This document shows, one piece after another, positions 17,101 through 26,100 of a DNA stretch of 64,000 bases (positions are counted from its first letter, which is position 1; each line of letters begins with the position of its first letter). Under the pieces are notes generated by a model. That model searched no databases. It had not been told where the DNA came from and worked only from the letters and a program-made list of their open reading frames with translations. Made by a program: the position numbers and the translations under genes. The DNA comes from Candidatus Saccharimonadales bacterium (lineage in GTDB: Bacteria > Patescibacteriota > Saccharimonadia > Saccharimonadales > EFPC-124), in NCBI GenBank assembly GCA_035280845.1, contig DATEFB010000002.1, positions 61,183-125,182 of the forward strand, read 5' to 3'.

Positions 17101-20100
17101 GCTGTTAAGGACGCGGAAGGCTGTAGTGCTGTCGGTGCTGCTTTTGGCGATAATGCTGGCCGCCGAGTTGTTGGTAGAGAGGGTTAGGTTGCCTGTGCCG
17201 GCTTGGATGGTTGTTGCGCTGGTTGTATTGGTCGAGCCGATAGTCAAAGCCTGTGCAGCTGCGCCCGTTGCGATGTTTACGGTACGGGCCTGGGCGCCCG
17301 AGCCAATGTTGATTGCGCCTGTGCCAGAGTTCAGGCTAATGGCCGTGTTTGTGCCGTTGCCCACGGTTACGGCGCTGGCGTTGGTGGTGCCTAGGAAGAC
17401 GGTGCCGGTTGCTACGCTGGCCGTACCAACATCTACCAATACGTTGCCCGACGTACCTGACGTAGCGTTACCACTGGTGATAACCACGCCGCCAGTGTTA
17501 CCGCTGGTCGTTGAATCACCGCTGCGGACGTTGGCTGTGCCCGATGTGCTGGTTGCGCCGCTGACGTTACCACTTGCCAGCGTTGCGAAGTTCGAGTTAG
17601 TGCTTGCTGCAGTCTGGCTGTTGCTCGAGAATACACCGCCAGCAGTTATGATGACACCGGTCGATTGTACGCGGAACATAAAGTTGCCTACGCTGTCGAC
17701 GCCCTCGTAAAAGTTAGCGTTCCAGGTCGGAGAAAAGCCCTTTACCTGTATCCCAACGCGGCTGTCGTTGGTCGGCGTCACTTGCAGCTGGCCAGTAATG
17801 TTGTCTGCTGCTGTTTGGCTGTAGGCACCAATCGCTACTTTGCGTGCGCTGGCATCGACACGGAAGATTGGCGAGGTCGCTGCGTTTTGGATTTCGAAGG
17901 CCAGGTTGCCGTCGGTGCGGTTTTTGAATGTTGTGGCGCCTTCGTCGGCAATGTTCAGGACATCTGCGGCAGTGGCGGTGCCGTCAGTCACACGGAAGAG
18001 TGGTTCGGCCACAGTTGAGCTGACATGCAGCTTGGCAGCGGGCGCGTTTGTGCCAACGCCTACGCGGCTGGTACTTCCCTGTACGAACAGTGCGTTTACG
18101 TCGGCATCGCCCTCAACCCTAAAGTCGGTGGCCTCGGAGTTTTCGTTGAAGACAATCTGACCGCCAACCGAGCCGTCGATTAAGTGGCGGGTCGTGCCGT
18201 TTGCGCTCTCGCGGAACTGCCAGATTTTAATTGCCTGGGTGATTTCGTTACCGTTCTCCATGACTAACTTAACGCGCTGGGTGCCGGTCAGGTCGCCATT
18301 ATCAAACACGCTGAAGAATAGCTTCGCGCCAGCTGCGTCAAAGTCGAGGTCGCCACCGCTGGTGCGAAAGCGGTATTGCTTGGTCGCGGTGTCGGCGTCG
18401 CGGACGTTAAGGTTGCCATTCACCGTGAGGGCATTGTCAGGAGCGGCAGTGTTAACACCAATGCGGTTGTTGGTGGTGTCGGCCAGGAAGACGGTGCTGG
18501 TGCCGGCAGCGTTTAGGATGCGGAAGGCGGCGGTGCTGTTAGTGCTGTTTTGGAATAATGCCTGCCCGGTGGTGTTTACCTGTGCCAGTAAGGTTGACCC
18601 GTTGCCCACTTTAAGTGGTTGGTCTGGGAAGAGGTTGCCGATCGAGACGAAGTTGTCGTTGATTTTTAGGCCGTTTGTTCCCACGGTCTCAATGCGGAAG
18701 TAATCGTTGGTACTGTCCCATTGCAGGAAGCCGTTTTGGCCACCGGCGGTAGAGTCACCAAGAATCAGGCGTGGGTTGCCGCCGTTGTTATAGACAGCTG
18801 CATCTCCGCCCAAGACTTCGAACTTCGAGAAGCTGGCCGTGCCACCAATGCCTACGCGACCGTTTGTGCTGTCGGCGTTAAGAAGGGTTGATGTGCCGGC
18901 TTGATCCAATATGCGGAAGGCGTTTATGCTGTCGGTGCTGTTCTGGAAGGTCGCTGCGCCTATGGTCGAGAAGGTAGCGATTGATGTGCCGTTTGTCTCG
19001 AGCTCTAGTGCAAAGGCATCATTGGTGCCCAGGACGGCTGTTGCGCCAAAGCTATTGCCGCCCTGCACGAATGCCGCACCGGAGCCTGTGCTAAAGCCAC
19101 AGTTTGCGGCATTGCGCATACATACCGTGCCCGATTCGTCACCGAAGGTTATGACATTGGCGGCAGTCGGGTCCGTGATGGCGAAGGATGTCTCGAAACC
19201 ATCGGCGGTAGTGCCTTCGAAGACAAGTGGCGTGCCACCCTGTATGACACCCATAAAGCTAATCAGATCCGCCGCGGCGTTGCCGAGTGTAACATTGCCA
19301 TTTGCGGCCAGTGCCTCGGTAATAGACAGGCCGCCGCCATTAGTGGTGGTGAGTCCACTGCGCCCAATTGTAATGGCGCTGGCATTTGTGGTGCCTACGC
19401 TCAGCGCGCCGTTTGTGCCGCTGCCAGTCTTAGAGCCAGAATCAATGGTGACGTTGCCGCTTGACGAGTTGGTGCCAACGCCATTACCCGTAACAAGGTA
19501 GAGTGTACCAGTCGTTCCACCGGTGCCGCCAGCAATCGAACCGGTGTTTATGAGTACGTCGCCCGAGCTGCCACTGCCGCCGGTCACGTTGCCACTTCGG
19601 AGGGTGAAGCTGTTTGTGTTTCCGCCGGTTGTCTTGTCATTTGTCTGGACGGTTGCGTTCGAGTTTGAGCCGTTCCACGTAAAGCCTACGATGCCATTTT
19701 CGTCTGGGCTAAAGACGGCCAGGCTTGGCTGATGCACGCCAGGGCGGGCATCAAAGATAGACAGTCCGCGCGCAGTGTTTTGGGCCGATGCCTCAAGGCC
19801 AAGCGCCATGATTTGACCGAAGCTGCCTGGATCCATGTTCTGGATGCTGAACTTGGCGGCAACGTTTGCGCCAACTGGCGTAGCGTACGAGTCTAGGTCG
19901 CCAGTCCCGCTTATGCGGATCGCACCCTGCACTTGCAGCCCGGCGTTACTGATGACTGGTGTGTTGTTCGCGCCCAGGTTGATGCCCACCCGTGAGTTTG
20001 TGGAGTCAACGGTGAACAGGTTGCCACCGGCAGCCGTCTTAACATTGAACGCGGCTGTAGAGTTGGCGCTGTTCTGGAAGAGTGCTGCGCCACCTGCTGG

Positions 20101-23100
20101 CGAAATGCGGAAGACATCGACTGCGTCGTCTTGAATAGCGAAGCGGCCGTTTGTGCTGCACGAGGTGTCACATTCCAGATTAATCAGGAAGTTTGAATCT
20201 GTTGCAGTGTCTGCCATGGTAATTGCAATGTCGCGGGCGTCGGTTGCGGCGATGGTGTTGCCGCCGTTATAGGCACCTTGCAGTGTGACTGCGCCGCTGG
20301 TGGTAATACAATCTTTCCAGGCGCCGTTTTCGTAGCAGCGGAACTTGGCGGCCGTTGCGTTGTAGTACATGGATCCGTCGGTGCCGCTTGGGTCACCTGC
20401 GTTCAGCTTGGTATCGAGGATCAGCAGGTGGCCGTCGTTGTCTGAATCGTACCCAATCTGCACCGAAGTGTCGTCTGCAAACAGTGACGATGTGCCGCCG
20501 GTTGTGTTGACCTTGAAGTAGCCAAACGAACCTTGCAGGTTCAGGTCGAGGCGGCCGTTCTGGCCGTCGATCTGCATAATGTCGGTCGCGCCGTTCTTGA
20601 ATGTGAATCCAAAGACGCTGTTAAAGTCGAGGTTCAAACCGCCAGCGGTCAGCAGCAAATCACCTGCGCTGGTAATGTCACCGCCGTTCACAGCAATGTC
20701 GCCAGCAGTAACAATGTTACCTGTTGCGCCAGTCACGTCAAAGTTGGTGAAATCAAGGTTGGCTGTGGTGCCGGCAATGGTGTTGTCGGCGACGCTCAGC
20801 GCAGTTACGATTTCGGCGTCAGTCAAATCAACAGCGGTCTGGATGGTGCCTGCTGCCGAGCTGATCTGTAAGGCGGTTGTTACCGCGGTGTCTACGTCGG
20901 CGTTGTCGAGCACTAACAGCTGGTCGGTTAGGCCGCTACCACCAATATTCTGGATTAACTGACCGCGCTGCGTGCCGCCTGTAGTGTTGTTGGTAACGCC
21001 AATGTAGTTCAGGGTCAGGGCGTTGGTGCCAGTGACCGTGTTGGTGAGCTCCAGATTCTCGGTGTCTGCCAGGTTCATATCGACGTCAGTATTGAACGTC
21101 GCCACACCGTTAAATACCGCTGTGGTTGCGAACGTCGTGGCGTCCTGTATGTCCAGGATGTCAGCGCCGTTAATAACGATGTCGTTACCGGCACCCGAAC
21201 TTGCAATCGTCATTGCACCAGTGCCAGTTATATTGCCGATATTTACCAGGTTGCCCGTGTTGTCTACGCGGTCCACACTGTTAGTCTGCAATGTGCCGCC
21301 GCTGGAGTTGATGTTTCCAGTTGCTGTTGCGGTACCGGTGGTGCTCGTGCCGGTTGCGCTGACAGCAAAGTATGTTGTGCCGCCAGCGTTGTTCTGGACT
21401 TCGAGCAAGTTAGCTCCCAGGGCGCTTGAGGCATCGCGAATGGTGAGGGCACCGCGAGTTGCGTCCAGGGTTAACTCTGGGTTTGTGGAGTTGTTGTAGG
21501 CGCTTTGAAGGGTGACTCCAGCGCCCGCACAGTTTCCGCTGCTGGTACAAACGGTATATGTGCCAGCAGTTAAAGCAGGAAGGTTAAGGGTTGTGTTAGC
21601 AGTCGGCGTTGTAAAGCCGAGGGTAGTAGTGAACGATCCGGAGGTGCCAGCCAATGTGCTGGTGCTGGCGCCCTGCAGGCTCCAGTTGCCAGAGACTGCG
21701 TTAATGGTCACGCCGCCGCCACCTTTTATGGTAGTGACGCTGGATGCACCGGTATTGCCAACAGTAACAGTTTGAGCCTGGTTGCCACCACTGGTGTCGC
21801 CGATGGTTATTGTGCGGGCAATGTTACTGCCGCGGCCGATGTTGATTGTCGTGGTGTTCTGGTCGCCCAGCGCTACTAGCCCTGCCCCGCCGGTCTGGAG
21901 AGCCAATGTGCTGGTGCCCGCGGCCGAGACCGTAAGGTTGCCGCTGCTTGTTGACCAGGTAGAGCCACCGCCCGCAGTAAGGGTAAGTGATCCGTTGCTT
22001 GTTACTGAACCGGTGCCATTCGATGCGAGCGAGAACGTACCGGTGCTTTGGTTCAAGTTACCGGTAACAGTGGTGTTCTCGTTCAGGGCGATTGCCGTTG
22101 CCGTGCCACCCAATGTCAGTGTGCCCGCAGCGGCTGTGTCGAGCAATGGCGCCAGGAACGAGGTGTTTGCCCGGCCCGTGCCGCTAATTCGGAAGTTGGC
22201 TGTGGTCTGGTCGATGCTGTTCTGGTTCTGGATGTAGTTGGCGCTGCCGCTAGTCGGGGCGAAACCACAGGCCGTGCTGCTTTGGATACACACCGTGCCA
22301 GCCTCGTCAGCAAAGGTTACGGTGCGGTTTGCGCCCAAGGCAGCGGTCTGCAGAAGTACGGTGTTGCTGCTGGCGTCCGACAGGGTAATGGTTCCGGCTT
22401 GAGTGGTTGTGCCGAGGTTGAGCGCTCCACCTTGAACATCCACATCACCCCCAGTTACAATATCGCCAGTTTGGGCGACCTGGAAGGCGCCAACGGTTAA
22501 GAACCCACCCGTGACATCCAGGCTGCCGGCAACGGTTGTGTCCTGGTTTAGGTTGATGGCGGTCGCATTGGTCGTGCCAATGTTGAGTGTGCCAGCGCTG
22601 GCAGTATCCAGAAGTGGAGTTTGCAAGGCGGTTGTGGCGGCGAGTGTGCCAGTGACGGTTACGATGCTGCCAGACTCACTTAGTAACGAGTCGCCGATAG
22701 CGTTGCTGCCAGTGAATTTAGCAATCCGGCCAGTGGTGCCACCAGCAGTAGTAACACCACCGCCAACACCCGCACAGTTACCTACTGTCGTACAAATGTC
22801 ATACGTGCCAGCTGCAGCGGTCAGTAAGCGGTAGGTGACGTTGGCTGTTGGCGTCTGGAAGGCTAGCGATGTTGTACTGCCGGCGTTGGTGGCAGTTATG
22901 GTGCTGGCGGCTGCACCCTGCAGGGTGAAGTTTTGGGTTGTAATGCCCACCGTCAGCGCACCAGTCGGCGAGATGGTATTGGCTGTTAGCGTGCCCGTAA
23001 CCGTTGCGCCACCATTTAAGTTAGCGGCCCCGGCGACGGCCAACGTTCCCGTAAGGCTTGCAGTACTGCTAATAGTTTGGCCGTTCACCGTGCCAGTTAC

Positions 23101-26100
23101 AGTCATGTTGCCGGCAGGTGTTACAGCAAGGCGGCTGGTGCCGTTCAGTTGAATGTCTATCAGGTTGCCAGTTGCTGCCACGTTTGTATTGTTAACGGTC
23201 AGCATAGCAGCACTTGCCTGGCTACTGCTTAAGGTCAGCTGGCCAAAGGTTGGTGCGGCGGTTGTGTTGATGTTCTGGATAGTGTTAATAACCCCAACGC
23301 TGGCGCTGAAGTTGGTGCTGTTAAATTGGGCGATACCTTTCTGGCTCGTACTGGCGTCGTCAATAGTAACAGTGGTGCCCACGCCTGTTGCGTTGGCGAG
23401 GGTCAATGCGCCGGTCAATCCATTCAGACTGTCGACTGCGCCAACGCCACCACCACCGCCACCACTGGTGACACAGGTTGCGCAGGTAATGTTACCTGCC
23501 GCGTCAATCGCAAGCGGGCCGCTCGCACTCACCGCGACTGTGCCTGTTGCGTTTGGCAGGGTGATCGTTTTGTTGCTGCCGCTTGGCGTGGCAAATACCA
23601 GGCTGTTGGTGATGCCGCCATCGGTTTCGCTAATAGTTGTGTCAGCGCCTTGCAGGGTCAGGTCCTGGCTGGTCGAGCCGATTGTCATGGCTGCGGCAGG
23701 AGTAATGGTGTTAACGGCCAAAGTGCCGCCAACGGTGATTGTGCTGCCGCTTTCGGTGATGATCGAATCAACAATAGTGCCACTGCCGCTGAACTTAGCG
23801 ATTGCGCCCGTAGTTCCGCCAGGAGTCGTAACGCCACCGCCCACACCAGAACAGTTGCCAACAGTGGTACATATGTCGTACGTGCCCGCGGCAGCGGTCA
23901 GTAAGCGGTAAGTGACATTGGCTGTTGGCGTCTGGAAGCTCACGGTTGTTGTATTCGCGCCGCTTGTTGCCGTAATAGTGCTGCTTGCGCTGCCCTGCAC
24001 CAGGAAGCTTTGCGTTGTTGCGCCAACAGTTAATGCACCGCTTGGCGTAATGGTATTGGCGGTTAATGTGCCAGTAACAGTTGCACCACCGTTTAGGCTG
24101 GCAAGCCCGGCTACCGCCAGCGTGCCAGTCAGGTTTGCGGCGCTACTAACGGTTTGGCCGTTCACCGTGCCAGTCAGGGTCATGTTGCCAGCAGGAGTGA
24201 CTGCTAGGCGGCTCGTACCATTCAGCTGAACGTCTAACAGGTTACCGGTCGCGCCAGCGTTGGTGTTGTTGACCAACAGCATGCCGTTGCTGGCCTGGCT
24301 GCTGGTGAGCGTTAGGCGGCCAAAGGTTGGGGCGCTGGCAACGGCAATATCCTGAATGGTGTTGATGGTGCCGCTCGCTGCCGAGAAGTTGGTGCTGTTG
24401 AACTGGGCAATACCTTTTTGGCTGGTGCTGGCGTCCTGGATGGTTATGGTGCTACCTACGCCGCTGGCGTTGGCAATGCTGAGTGCGCCTGTTAACCCGT
24501 TCAGGCTCGTCACACCAGATCCGGTCAAGGCACAGGTAGGACAGGCGATGTTGCCAGCTGCATCCAGGGTGATTGGACCGCTGGCGCTCACGGCAATTGT
24601 GCCGGTGGCGTTTGGCACAGTGATGGTTTTATTGCTGCCACTTGGTGTCGCGAATGTCAGGTTGTTGGTGATGCCGCCGTTCGTTGCCGTGAGGCTGGTT
24701 GTCGCGCCTTGCAGAAGCAGGTTCTGGCCAGTTGCGCCAATGGTCAGTGCGCCAGTTGGAGTAATGGTGTTTACAGCCAACACGCCGCCAACGCTTACTG
24801 TAGTGCCGTTGTCGGATATGATTGAGTCAACAATTGTGTTTGCTGCGCTGAACTTAGCCAACTGGTTGGTTGTGCCACCAGGAGAAGTGACGCCGCCGCC
24901 AACACCTGCACAGTTGCCTACAGATGTACAAATGTCGTACGCGCCAGCCGCAGCCGTGAGCAAACGGTAGGTGACGTTGGCTGTTGGGCTTTGGAAGCTC
25001 AGGCTGGTGGTACTTGCGCCGTTGGTGGCGCTAAAGGTGCTACTGGCGTTGCCCTGCAGGCTGAGACTTTGACCAGTTGCCCCAACGGTCATGGCGCCAG
25101 TCGGTGTAATAGTGTTGGCAGTCAGGGTGCCAGTAACCGTTGCACCACCGTTTAAGTTGGCAGCGCCCGCAACAGCAAGCGTGCCAGTCAGGTTTGCGGC
25201 GCTGCTAATAGTCTGGCCGTTCAATGTACCGGTTAATGTCATGTTGCCGGCGGGAGTAACGGCTAAACGGCTTGTGCTATTCAATTGCAGGTCAATCAGG
25301 TTACCAGTACCGCTGATGTTTGTGTTGTTCACTAAAAGCATTGGGCTGGTAGCCTGGCTGCTGGTCAGGGTGAGTGCGCCAAATGTGGGAGTCGCGGTGA
25401 CGTTAATGTTTTGGATGGTGTTAATGCTGCCGCTCGCTGCCGAGAAGTTTGTGCTGTTAAACTGGGCAATGCCTTTTTGGGCGGTGCTTGCATCCTGGAT
25501 GGTGATGGTACTGCCCACGCCCGTAGCGTTGGCGATACTCAGCGCACCAGTTAATCCGTTCAGGCTAGTAACTGCCGACCCCGAAGTTAAACAAGTGGCA
25601 CAGGTCAGGTTGCCTGCGGCGTCAAGGGCGAGTGGGCCGCTTGCGCTCACGGCAATTGTGCCGGTAGCGTTTGGTACGGTGATTGTCTTGTTGCCGCCGC
25701 TTGGGGTTGCGAAGGTGAGTGTATTTGTTACTCCGCCACTTGTTGCGGTCAGGCTTGTGCTGGCTCCCTGTAGGGTCAGGTTTTGTGCAATTGCGCCGAT
25801 TGTCAGTGGGCCGCTTGGCGTAATGGTGTTAACGGCTAACGCGCCAGCAATGCTGACGGTCGCGCCGTTGTCGCTGATGATCGAGTTGCCAATAGTGTTG
25901 CTGCCAGTGAATTTAGCCAGCTGGTTAGTAGTGCCGCCAGGAGTCGATACGCTGCCGCCCACGCCCACACAGTTGCCGGCGGTGGTGCAGATGTCGTATG
26001 TGCCAGCGGCAGCAGTGAGCAAGCGGTAGTTTACGTTGGCAGTTGGCGTCTGGAAGCTGACGGTAGTCGTGCTGCCGGCGTTTGTTGCCGTTAACGTGGT

